DNA from: Eledone cirrhosa
Taxonomy: Eukaryota
NCBI GenBank assembly: GCA_964016885.1
Contig: OZ024744.1
Coordinates: 69,750,001-69,814,000 of the forward strand
Direction of reading: 5' to 3'
Length of the DNA stretch: 64,000 bases
The notes under the pieces were generated by a model, which searched no databases, had not been told where the DNA came from, and saw only the letters and a program-made list of their open reading frames with translations. The translations under genes were made by a program, and so were the position numbers. Shown one piece after another: positions 52,655 to 64,000 of the stretch (position 1 is the first letter of the stretch; each line of letters begins with the position of its first letter).

Positions 52655-55600
52655 CTACAGGCTGATATAGAGAGAAGGCCCATTCACTCGGGCCATTCTC
52701 GCCACTTTCACCCACCTTTCATAAAACTTGCTGGGATACAGCACCTCTCTCTCCATCCTGATTCTTCTTCCAAAGTGGTATTTGAAAAAAAGAATCAGTT
52801 GTTGGCCGGAGAGAAAGGTGTCTGACCTCAGCCCTTTCAACCTTGTCCACCATACAACCTCTTTCGCCATAGCTATCACACAAAGGAAAACCGCCTCTCC
52901 TTCGTTTTTGAAGGAGGGTGGCGGTTTGATCATGATAATGGACTCGGTGGTCAACTGGATTCGTCCCACCCGCGACAATAGTCGTTCTACATAGCCCCAC
53001 AGGTCAGTGACGCCCGGGCAGTGTATGAATGCGTGCGCGACGGTTTCTTCGTCTCGCACGCACCTCGGACAGATCTTTTTTACAGGGTCCCTGCCCGGGC
53101 GCCCATGTCTGTAGAGCTTGTCTCAAACTGGTAGAGCTCCTCGGTAGCACTGCCAGGCCAGGGACTTTTGGAAGTTGTCCATCGATCCCAGGCGGAAGGT
53201 CCTACCGAACAGACTGGCCAGTTCATCTTCCTCTACGCCTAGAGTTTCACCGAGCGCGTCGTCGCACTTGCTGCGGACCAACCCTCTATAGAATGACGAA
53301 GTGGAGTCTCCACTGATCGCCGGGTCCGCCTGCCAGAGGGCTGTGAGCGCCTGAGCACATTCGATGTGCCAGTCGCCCATTTTCCTCGGTCTTTGCTTGA
53401 CCCAGGACTGCAGCTCGGTCAGCGAGACGAGTCGTGGGAAGGCTCGCCTCACAAACGGGGCCCACACCGGTTGTCCGGTGAGGAATACGTAGAAATGCCG
53501 CAGCCTGAGCGCGTGTTTGCGCATCGTCAGCCACGGCAACCCCAGCCCTCCGTTGGAAGGGTGTTGGCAGCAGATGGATCTTCTCACCAAAGGAGTCCGC
53601 CTCTTCCAAAGGAATTGGAAGAGTGCGCGCTCCATTTTGGTGAGTGTTTTGGCTGGACAAGGCACGACGGTCAAGCGGTAGTAGATGGCGGACGCTATAA
53701 AAGTGTTCGCCACCTCCGCTCGACGTTTCAAGGATAGTTTACACTCGGCCCACTTCTGGGTGAGTGCAAACACCTTGGCCATCACCTCGTTCCAGTTCTT
53801 CTCCACCTGGAGGTCCGGACCAAACCAGACCCCGAGCAGCTTTACCGGTCCTTCCGTCCAGCGTCCGCCGACGCCATCGGAAGGCATCGGTTTGCCTCTC
53901 CACGATCCGAGTTGCAAACCGAAGGTCTTGTCCCGGTTCAGCTTCGCTCCTCTGAAACCTTCGTATTCCTTCAGTAAGGTGCCGACTTCCTCGATTTGCG
54001 AGGCGCTCGACACCATTACTGCTTTCCGCAGTCCTGGTTCCAGAGGGATTCCCTTCAATAGCTCCAACTTCCGCAGTAGTTGCTCGAGAGTCAGTACGTA
54101 CAGAAGGGAGGAGAGAGGGCATCCCTGTCGAATGGATCGCGTGATATGGAACGGCTCCAAGAGGTAGCCGTTCACCTTGACCCTTGAGTAGATGTTGCTG
54201 TTGTGCATTGCATAAACCATCCCCTGAACACGGGTCCGAAGCCTGGCGCCTCGAGCACCGCATCCAGGTAACGATGGTCAACCCTATCGAAAGCCTTAGA
54301 CTGATCCAAGTTGATCAGGGCCACACCGAAGCCGGGTTTACACCGTACCCTCTCTATGATGTATCGCATGAGGTGGAGGTTGTCGTGTATGGACCTGGTC
54401 GGGATTGCGCATGTCTGCGCTTCTCCCACCTGGTTGTCGACGACAAGCGCCAGCCTCTTTGCTAACACCTTGGTCAAAATCTGTAACTCTGTGCTTAGCA
54501 GAGTTATGGGCCGGATGTTGCCTATGTCATTCCCCTTATTCTCGTCCTTCCTGACCAGTGTGACTACGCCCCTGGTCACAGAACTGGGAATTCTCCCGTT
54601 CTGTTTCCAGTTGCAGTAGACCGCTTCCAGGAGACCGGAGAATAAGTCCGGCATTGCTACGTAAAATTCGTAGGGTAGACCGTCGAGACCTGGAGATTTG
54701 CGTTTGCCGCATTGGCTCAGTGGCTGAAATCGACTTTTTGCAGAACTTTGTCTTGCTGTCCGAGAGTCGCGGTAGGCCCGGCCCGCCTCCCTGCCCGAAC
54801 AGTTGAGCTGAAAGCCGCACACATCTGCTCGGCTCACGTATCACGCGTCCGTTTTGGTGCTTCACAGACCGAATCGTGGACTTGTTGCCACTTTTTGCCT
54901 CCGTCACTCGGGCCCAGCTAACAGCTTTGGCTCACTCGTTTCCCAGAGCGCGTATTTTGCTTCTGACAACGCAGCCCTCGTTCTTTGCGTCGAAGAACTG
55001 GTCCAAGGCCGTTCTCGTTGCTAGCACGCTGGTTACGTTGCCACTTCTAATTGGCTCTTCTACTTTATCTACCAGTTCCTTCTCGGTTCTATTTCTATCT
55101 AACGCTAATTCTTTACTAAAAACTATCGAGTCTAATCTAACTGTCCTCTTGAGAGAGTACCACCATCTGTTGTTGATAATGGCCCCTGTCAAGTGCTGTT
55201 TAACTAAAGTGCTAATCCGTCTACTGTAGGCTTTGCTTGTCGGTAACGACAAGTTCAGCTTCCAGCCGGGTCCTTGTTTATGGGTTCTATCAAGGTTGGC
55301 CATGCAGGTCACTAGTTTGTGATCTGAATAGGCAACCATGAACATTTGTGGACAGCTTAACATGTCCCTATCCTTATTTCTAACTAGAACCCTATCTCGG
55401 TACGATCTAGATGTTCCGCTAAGATTAGTCCACGTCCACAGTGGCACAGTCGGAAAATCTAGTCGATATCTATCGGCCAGGTCAAATCGGTCGATTAACT
55501 GTTTGAGGCTGTTACAGCCCCCTTTATCGGGACATGCTCCCACATAGTCCCAACATGCATCTAGGATTCCATTCCAGTCCCTCACTAAAAGCAAGGAGCG

Positions 55601-55985
55601 GGACGTTCCCAGAAAAGTCTCTAGACGTTTGAAGAAGTCTGGCCGCGGTGTCCCAGATGGGGCATATGCAACCACCAGCCTGAAGGCTGCACCTTTACTA
55701 CCGTCAACGTCTAGGACCACCAGTCGACCTTCCTGGTCCAGATGTACCGTCTGTGTTACGAGGCCCAGGTGTTTCCGCAGCAAAAGGGCCCTCACCCCCA
55801 GCTCCCGGTCGACAGAGGAATGCGTAGATCTCAAAGTCATCGAAGATGGGGGCTAGCTGTCGCTCGCTGTGGATCCTGGATTCGCAAATGGCTACTACAT
55901 CCATACTGTGCGACCTGAGGTCGTTTAAGAGTTTGCCCTGTTTCCAGGGCATCCCCAGGCCGCGTACGACTCTTATATTGGCCAT
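52655..55985 (-). pseudogene. Tx1 ORF2 (AP endonuclease and reverse transcriptase), frameshifted
   Basis: DVVAICESR, SDHKLV, KSPGLDGLPYEFY, RPITLL, LDQSKAFDRVDH, RQGCPLS and EETVAHAFIHC motifs. The YADD motif is absent (deleted near 54020). Confidence 0.9.
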
Positions 55986-56022
55986 GTTGGTGCTGAAAAG
56001 TTAAAAGAGGAAAAGAAATCAC

Positions 56023-57953
56023 TCACCCTTCGTCTCCTGGGGACCAGGCTGCACGATTTCCATGGGGGTGTTGGATGGGTTGTCTGGGTGGGTGGTGGTT
56101 TCCGGCGGGGTGGGGACGGAGATGTTTGTTGGGGGAGGGGGGTCTGGGAGGGGGGTCTGGGAGGGGGGTCTGGGAGGGGAGACATTTGAGAAGGACGCGG
56201 TTAAGTGGTTTCACACAGGAATTCCCCACATCCTTTTCAAATGTTTCTTTTAGGGACCTATAAGTTTGTATACGGACCCTAATCAGTTTTAGGTTCAGTT
56301 TTTTGTTATTTTTAATAGAGTGGGCGAAAGTTTTCCCTTCGGTGAAAACCGAAGGGTTGTTCGTGATGGTCTCCATTAGTGTTTTGTTTTCAGGGTTTAT
56401 GTAAGTGTAAGTGTAATTTTCTTGTGTTGTGTTTGTTTTTGTCTGAAGTTCTTGTGTGTGCTTTCGTTTTGTTGTAGGTATTTTGTTTTCAGGACGTGGG
56501 GGTTTTGTTTGTGATGTTTTTGTTGTTTGTGTTGGTGGTTGTATGTTTGTGGTAGTGTTTGCTGGTTTTTTGCTTTTGTGGTGTCTTTTCTTTCTTTTCG
56601 AGCGATGGGGTTCTCCCTCGTCGTCACTGGGTGATGGCGAGATAGCCTCATCTGTTGTATCGTCTGTGTGATTGGGGAGGGGTATGTCTTGGCGAGCTGT
56701 TGTGTCTGTATGTGATTTTGCAGTGGTTTTAGGTGGAGTGGGGTTGGGTGGAACTGTGTTTGTTGTGGTTATTTTTGTGTGTTGGTGTTGTTGTTGTTGT
56801 GGTGGTGGTGTTGGTGGTTGTGTTATTTTGATGGGTGTCGGCAGAAGAATCTTTTTTTGACTCATTAATTTAGGACAAGAAGCCCTCAGGTGACCCCTGC
56901 TAAAGCAGTGGTAACATGAAGGCCGCCTACCCGCAACCGAAAAGTTTATGTAGGTGAGTCCGTCCAGGAGTACACGTTGTGGGATCATAGCTATTCGCTC
57001 TGGGCTCATTTGCACCAGAACTTCAACGCTAGTCCCATTGAATACATCTCTGGGGGACTTTCCTACTGACAGTATTCTGTCTTCATCAAAATTGATGAAG
57101 CCGCACAGTATCCACCATATGTTTACCTTTGGTGTGACACTCGTCATTCTAATCTTTTGTGTCCTTTTTCCCATGTATGTAGGGAAAAAGGTATACAGGT
57201 TGGATACAAGTGGCGACACAGAGTAATTTTGGGTCGTCAATTGATCCTTCATGAGTACCGAAATACTCCCAAAGAGTTTGCTTCTTTGAATGAATGAAAT
57301 ATCATTTATTGAATTTTTGAAAACCAGTCCAATTTTTTTTTGTGACAATTGGACTGGTTTTCGGGTAGAATTGGAAACTGTCCTAAAAACTATCGTTTTG
57401 AGAGCAGTTTCCTTGCGAATTTCTACCGGAGAATTGATGCTGAAAGCACCATTTTTTCGAAAGTAACATATCTCCTAGCGTCCTTTAAAAGTTGTTCGGC
57501 ATTTGTTATGTCGAGATATGTTAGCTCCTCCTTTTTCTGAACTGTCTGTGCAAAGGAGATTTTCAGTTTCTTCGTGGAATTATCCGTGTTGGTGGTGTTG
57601 TCATTATTGTTGTTATTCTTGTTGTTATTCTTGTTGTCACTGATATTGATATTGTTCGTATTTTCCTTGGTGTTGGTGTTGTCTTTGATGCTGGTATTAT
57701 TGGCGTTGTCTTTATTTTTTTCTTTGTTGTTGTTGTCATTGTTGTTTTTATCATTATTATTGGTGTTGTTGTTGTTATTTTTGTTGTCATTGTACTGTTT
57801 GGTGTCATTTGTGTTGTTTGGATATGAATTTGTTTTTACAATTTCATTTCGTCTTTCCATCTCCATAGTATCTAGGGAAGAAGACAATGTTGACTGCGAG
57901 CTATGTAGTCTTACCGACTCTCCACCACCATTATCGTCGAACGCAGCGTTCAT
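56023..57953 (-). pseudogene. Tx1 ORF1 (gag-like), frameshifted
   Basis: CYHCFSRGHLRASC zinc knuckle, with N-rich and P/T/K-rich linkers. Split across ORFs 57423-58055 and 56023-57348. Confidence 0.8.
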
Positions 57954-58205
57954 AACGTAATCAAACTTCTTACGATATTTTTTCCAAAATTCGATGGAGA
58001 AATATTTTTCAAACGAATATTTCGACCCTGTAGGGGCGAAAATGAGTTGACCCACCGCCTGAAGGTCCAGACGGGGGGGGGGGGTGTCAAGTTACACAAT
58101 AATATAAAATTTTAACTGAAACTCACGTTTTTTTCTTACATAAATTAACGGAAACTTCTCCGCGAAGTTACACACGTCTGGTAGAGAGATAGATAGATAG
58201 ATAGA

Positions 58206-59490
58206 TATGTTTCTTTATTAACCACAGGGGCACAAAAGAAGGGGACAAATACAAAGGGGGAAGTTTACATACAATAAAAACATGTAAAATATTATCACAA
58301 ATACAATTTAAAAATTAGTCGATTTTCCCCAATAGGGGGAGACAGTTCATATGGGTAACACATACCCCCCCCCCAAAAAAAAATGTGCAACCCTCATCTC
58401 CAGGAGTACGAAGAGTTTGTACTCCTTTCCTCTCCTCCTCCTTTTCCTTAACCTACAGGCTGATATAGAGAGAAGGCCCATTCACTCGGGCCATTCTCGC
58501 CACTTTCACCCACCTTTCATAAAACTTGCTGGGGTACAGCACCTCTCTCTCCATCCTGATTCTTCTTCCAAAGTGGTATTTGAAAAAAAGAATCAGTGTC
58601 TGACCTCAGCCCTTTCAACCTTGTCCACCATACAACCTCTTTCGCCATAGCTATCACACAAAGGAAAACCGCCTCTCCTTCGTTTTTGAAGGAGGGTGGC
58701 GGTTTGATCATGATAATGGACTATTATTGTGCTGGTGTTGCAGGTGTTGGCAGTAGTGCCTTTTTTTGGCTAGTTAGCCGAGGACAGGAAGCTCTCAGGT
58801 GACCCCTGTTTAAGCAGTGGTAACATGAGGGCCACCTACCCACGACCGAAATGTTTATGTATATATGCCCATCCAGCAACACACGTTCCGGGATCCTAGC
58901 TATTCGTTCTGGTGTCATTTGGACCAGAACTTCCAGGCTAGTTCCGCTGAACAGGTCGCCGGAGGACTTACCTACCGATATTATATAGTCTTTTTCGTGG
59001 TTTAAAAATCCACATAGTACCCACCAAATATCAATATTTGGTGTGATAGTTTGGATTTTTATATTCTGTGTTCTTTTCCCCATGTAAGTGGGGAAAGGAG
59101 TGAACAGCGGTGACACAATTGGCGACACAGAATATTTCTGTGCCGTCAATTGGTCTTTCATTAAAATGGATAAACTCCCGTAGAGTCTACCCTTCTGAAT
59201 AAAAGCAATGTCTTTTAAGGCAATTTTTAAAGCCAACTCAATTTCGCCTTGTGAAAGTTGAGTCGGTTTTCGGGTTTTGTTTGATACTGTCCTGAAAATC
59301 ACAGTTTTCAAGGCAGCTTCTCTTCGCAAATTTGGGGGAGAGTTTATGCAGAATGATCCGTTCTCCCCAAAAGTTACATATTGTCTGGCGTTATTCAAAA
59401 GTTCATTTGCATTTGAAATATCTACCGGGGTATAGCTTACCGTTTTCTTTACGGTTTGCGCAAACGATATTTTGGCGTTTACTTCCTTGG
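58206..59490 (-). mobile_element. Chimeric or internally deleted Tx1 copy
   Basis: 58206-58722 is nearly identical to the 3' end at 52407-52943. 58723-59490 is a diverged ORF1 piece (CYHCLNRGHLRASC). Confidence 0.85.
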
Positions 59491-59522
<32 letters not shown>

Positions 59523-59523
<1 letters not shown>

Positions 59524-59872
59524 TTCTTTATTAGCCACAAGGGCGCAACAAGAGAGGGGACAATACAAAGACATGCCGGGGATTTTACATACAGTCGTGT
59601 AAAAAATATAAAAACAAACAATTTCAACAATCGAAATCCCCAATAGGGGGGAGGCGCCACAAATGGGTTGTTTAATACCCCGTCGATAGAACAACCCTCA
59701 ACTCAAGGAGCGTGTTGTGCAAGTGCTCCTTTCTTCCTTTTGCTCTCTTCCTCAACCTACAGGCTTATAAACAGAGAAGGCCCAATCACTCGGGCCATTT
59801 CGCTTCATTCACCCACCTTTCAGTAAATTTACTGGGGTGCAGTGCCTCTCTCTCCACCCTGATTCTCCTTCT
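59523..59872 (-). mobile_element. 5'-truncated Tx1 3' end (second subfamily)
   Basis: TTTCTTTATTAGCCACAAGGGCGC terminus and ORF2 C-terminal homology, with (GATA)n on both sides. Confidence 0.85.
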
Positions 59873-59939
<67 letters not shown>

Positions 59940-60021
59940 TAGATATAGACAGATAGATAGATAAAGAGGAAGAGAAAGCGAGACAGAGAGATAATCTAAA
60001 CCCATAATCGTTGTATGCATG

Positions 60022-60064
<43 letters not shown>

Positions 60065-60267
60065 TTGTGTGGATCTGTGAGTGTGTGGTGCATGAATGTG
60101 TGTGTGTGCGTATTTGTGAGTGTATGTGTTTGTTTATAAATGCTTGTTTTCTTTTTCGTTTTGTTTTATTGTATTATCTTTTCTCCCCAATTCAACAATT
60201 ATATCTTCAGGAAAATTGTTGTTTTACTCTCTCTCTTTCTTTCTTTCTTTCTCTCTCTCTCTCTCAC

Positions 60268-60314
<47 letters not shown>

Positions 60315-61261
60315 CTACCACTCTCTCTCCCTCTCTCTTTATTATTCTCTATTTCTCTCTGTACCTCCCTCTCTCTTTATTTTTCTGTCTTTCTCTTTCT
60401 ATTTCTCTCTCTTTTTCTCTTTCTTTTTCCTCTCTTTGTTTCCTTCTCTACCTCTCTCCCACTCCCTACCTCTCTCTCCTCATCTCACTCTTTAATTCTC
60501 CTTTAGGTCTTTTTTGTTATTGTTGTTGTTCAACTTTTCTTTTTACCTTTCACTCATAATCTTAAGAGATTTTGTTGTTTTTTTCATTAAAATTCTTTTT
60601 TTTTTTTTTTTCTTAATTTTCACTAATCGTTCCTGTCTAGAAAGTTCTCTCGAATCCAAATCCCTTTTTTTTTCTGTTTCATTTTTATTTCTAGCCCTCA
60701 CATTTCAGTCAATCACCAATACACGCACCCCTTTATTTCGTTAAGGTCTCAAAAGATTTATTCCTCAATTCTTGAACATTTCTTGACATGGGTGTTATTT
60801 TCTTTTCATTTTTCTTGTTTAAAAAAAAACAAAAAAAAAAACATTAATTGTTAATTATGATAATTAGTTCCAAATTTTGTCATTATTTTATATATTTATA
60901 TTTCATTTATATATTTATTGATTCATCAATTTATTTATTTCTATATATTTACTGCTGTTATTGTTGTTGTTGTCGTTGTTGAAGATGATGATGTTTGGTA
61001 CATTATTTTGCTGTTTGTTACTTTTTGAAGAATAAATATATATGTAGGATATTTCAATGAAAGAACGAAAGAAAGAAAGAAATAAACAAACAAACAAACA
61101 ATCGAACAAAGTCGATGAAACGAATAAAGATTAGAGACAAATTAAAATGATTGAAAATAAAATTACCGAAGCCAAACAAAAGGGAAAAACAACAGTAAGT
61201 GAGGATTGCAAAGAATGGTAAATGCTGGTGTCCATAGTAAGAATTCGAATTCGAAGGATGT

Positions 61262-61615
61262 AGAACCCTCATCTGGAACGCTACATGTTTTGACATGTTC
61301 TCCGTCTCCAGCTTTGCCGCTTCGGCCACAAGCCTCGGTACTGCGGCCCGCAATGCAGAGGAAAGGAAGACCAACAAATACCAAGGATTGTCCGGCCGCT
61401 TCCTCTTCGCATTGGTCACCGAAGAAACCTCAGGCGTCCTTGAATCCTGTACCTGCGAGCTCCTCCACAAGATCGGAACGACAGCAGCCCCTCTGAGGAG
61501 GGAGCTCCACGAGGTGGGGTGGCTGTTACAGCAGCTGTCACTGGCCATTGTCCGCGAGAATGCTTTTGCAGTCTTGTCCACGACGCGCAGCCCCAATACC
61601 ACCGCGCCCTAGGCC
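61262..61615 (+). pseudogene. CRE-like non-LTR retrotransposon C-terminal RLE fragment
   Basis: TLIWNATCFD…AEERKTNKY…ETSGVL…QQLSLAIVRENA. Confidence 0.7.
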
Positions 61616-62145
61616 TAGAGCCCATCCCCTTCCCCTTCCCCTTCCCCATTCTTCTGTGACACTAGAGCCGTTACCTTTCCCTTCCTTTTCCATTTTCATA
61701 ACCAGAAAAGACACTTGAATATTCAATGTAACTCTACTTTGTGTCGTAAGTACTGTTTTTATTTGCTTATATATGTTCAATATTTGAATAAGCCAAAATT
61801 ATTCTTAGTTTCACAAGTAAAAAAAAAGGTTTATTGGAATTGAAATGAAACATTTCTTTCATACTTGTTTTTTAAAAAATAAGGTAGTTGTTTTGGGGGC
61901 ATTATTTTCTTTTTGGAAGAGGCTACGTGATCCTACTGTCACGCCCACGTTCAAACGTGCTTAACTTCTGGCTCACCAAAGTTTGGGGTTGTAAGAAATT
62001 TATTCTCCTTTCCGTGACACTCACTCAGTCATCTTTTTTTTTTTTTTTTTTTTTTTTGTCTCTATAAGCCTAACTAACCAATTTGTCCTTCCTTACAAAT
62101 TGTTCAATTTAAATATCGAACTCTTATTTATCTATCTATCTATCT

Positions 62146-62495
62146 CAGAGGTTCTCAAACTTTCTGGGCTACCGACCTCCTCACGGCCACGTAATACCCT
62201 CAGTGCTCCCACCCCTATTTCCTGAGAGACCTGCCTACATGCAAATTGTAAATAATATATAATAAATAAAATCGTTAATTTATATATACTAAATAATATA
62301 ATATATATTATATATAAATAATTATTATATATTTTATATTTTACTTTATATAATAAGTATCATTTGATATTTAATACATTGTTGTATCATTTCTACCACC
62401 CTGCTCCCGCTCCCACTGCCACCTTAGGTTCCCAGCGCCCCCTGGACCTTCTCAACGCCCCTGGGTGGACGGTAGCGCCTACTTTGAGAATTCTG
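62146..62495. mobile_element. hAT-type MITE
   Basis: Ends CAGAGGTTCTCAAA / TTTGAGAATTCTG. Imperfect 8-bp flanks ATCTATCT / ATCCCTCT. Confidence 0.65.
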
Positions 62496-62507
62496 ATCCC
62501 TCTATCC

Positions 62508-62553
<46 letters not shown>

Positions 62554-62784
62554 ATGTCTATCTATCTATCTATCTATCTATCTATTTATCTAGGCGATGG
62601 ATTGGCAGAACCGGTAGAGCGTCAGACGCCATGCTTTCCAGCATAGTTACGTTCCTTTACGGTCTGAGTTCAAATCCCGCCGAGGTTAACTTTGCCTTTC
62701 ATGCTTACGGGTTCGATGAAATAAAGTACCAGTAATGCACAGGGGTAATTGCTGGCCTTGTGCCAAAAGTAGAAACAATTATTA

Positions 62785-63180
62785 CGCCCTTGTGGCAAAT
62801 AAAGAAATCTATCTATCTATCTATCTATCTATCTAGTGCTCGGGCGACTCTAGGCGTCGAAGACGACGAGTTCACCAGTCTGTTCGGTAGGACTTTCCGC
62901 TCGAGACCTATGGACAACTTCCAGAGGTCCCTAGCCTGCAATGCTACCGAGGAGCTCTACCCGTTCGAGATAATATCTACAAGTACGGACGCCCCAACAG
63001 GGATCCTTCCAAGAGGACATTCCAAGATGCAAGCAGGACATTGAAACCGTCTTGCACTGCCCGGGCGTAAGCGACCTATGGAACTATGCAGAACAACTGC
63101 TGTCGCGTATGGGACAAATCCAGTTGACTGCCGAGTCCATAGTAAGGATCAAACCGCCAGCCTCTTTCAAAAACGAGAGC
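62785..63180 (+). mobile_element. Tx1 3' end, then (TCTA)n, then a Tx1 ORF2 fragment
   Basis: CGCCCTTGTGGCAAATAAAGAAA(TCTA)n followed by TLGVEDDEFTSLFGRTFR…HCPGVSDLW…IKPPASFKNE. Confidence 0.8.
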
Positions 63181-63327
63181 TGGTTAATTATAATAATAGA
63201 TGAAGAGAATATGGATACATTAAGAACAGATGATGCTAAAAAATCTTCAATTAAAGTTAAAATAATATGACCAGTACTAATATTAGCAACAATTCGAATA
63301 ACTAAAGTGATAGGTTGTACTATAATA

Positions 63328-63500
63328 CTGTATTCCCCGGCGTCGAAGACGCTACTTTTTTCCTAAAATAAGTCTTAAAAAATCTACCATACGTCATGGA
63401 GGCCGAAGGTTATTTATTATCTTTTTTTTTCAAATTTTTGGTTGTCAAAATTAGGGAGTCGTCCACGAGGATGAAGTGTCTTCGGCGCCTGGAAATACGG
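63328..63500. mobile_element. Tc1/mariner-pogo type MITE
   Basis: TA|CTGTATTCCCCGGCGTCGAAGAC … GTCTTCGGCGCCTGGAAATACGG|TA. Confidence 0.7.
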
Positions 63501-63755
63501 TACTTAGAAATTCAATTTGAGGAATAAGTATACATGAAATTAGTAATCATATTTGGGAACTAATGCATATGTGTTTGTGATATATTCAGTTTATGAGGGT
63601 GTATGTAAGATTAGCGTATGTAATATGTGATGTATATGAGTGTATAGTGGTTTGTATGTGGTTTGATAGGCTGTATTGGGGTAAACGTCGCTGCACTGTT
63701 CAAACCTAAGGGAACACACATACAGACAGAAAGGAAGGAGAAAAAGAAAGAAAGT

Positions 63756-63787
<32 letters not shown>

Positions 63788-63941
63788 AAGAAAGTAAGAA
63801 AGAAATAAAGAAAGAAGAAAGAAAGAATGAAAGAGAAAAAAAGAAAAAGAATGGAAGAAAGGAAGTAAGAAAAAAGGAAAGAAACAAAAGAAATGAAGAA
63901 TGAAAGAAAGAGCGAAAAGAAGAAGAAAGAAGAAAGAAAAA

Positions 63942-63973
<32 letters not shown>

Positions 63974-64000
63974 AAAGAAAAATACTGAAAAGTGAAGAAA

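Noticed and set aside
62597-62685. tRNA gene (A and B boxes), also at ~51598-51660
   Set aside because: No cloverleaf. These are SINE heads.

Overview
AT-rich animal DNA saturated with microsatellites. The tRNA-derived SINE and the repeat landscape look like an octopod cephalopod (inference). No complete host gene is recognisable; there is one plausible signal-peptide exon. Nearly all ORF-track hits are (TA)n/(TG)n/(GA)n artefacts. Real content: (1) a hAT (SPIN/GTF2IRD2-like) transposon with a Chapaev3-like element nested in it; (2) a near full-length dead Tx1-clade LINE plus truncated relatives stacked in (TCTA)n; (3) R4/Dong-, CRE- and RTE-like LINE fragments, SINEs and MITEs; (4) about ten different small non-coding repeat families carrying hammerhead ribozyme (HHR) cores, of Penelope-terminus/retrozyme type, lodged in (TA)n. 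These occur as tandem arrays (491, 513, 618, 999 bp units) or head-to-head inverted pairs. Best candidate for something new: two diverged tandem-repeat families (5.9-6.6 kb and 43.1-44.4 kb) share a six-helix, covarying, pseudoknotted RNA motif. It contains all HHR core strands, but in a non-circularly permuted order. All structures were read by eye and none was computed or tested.
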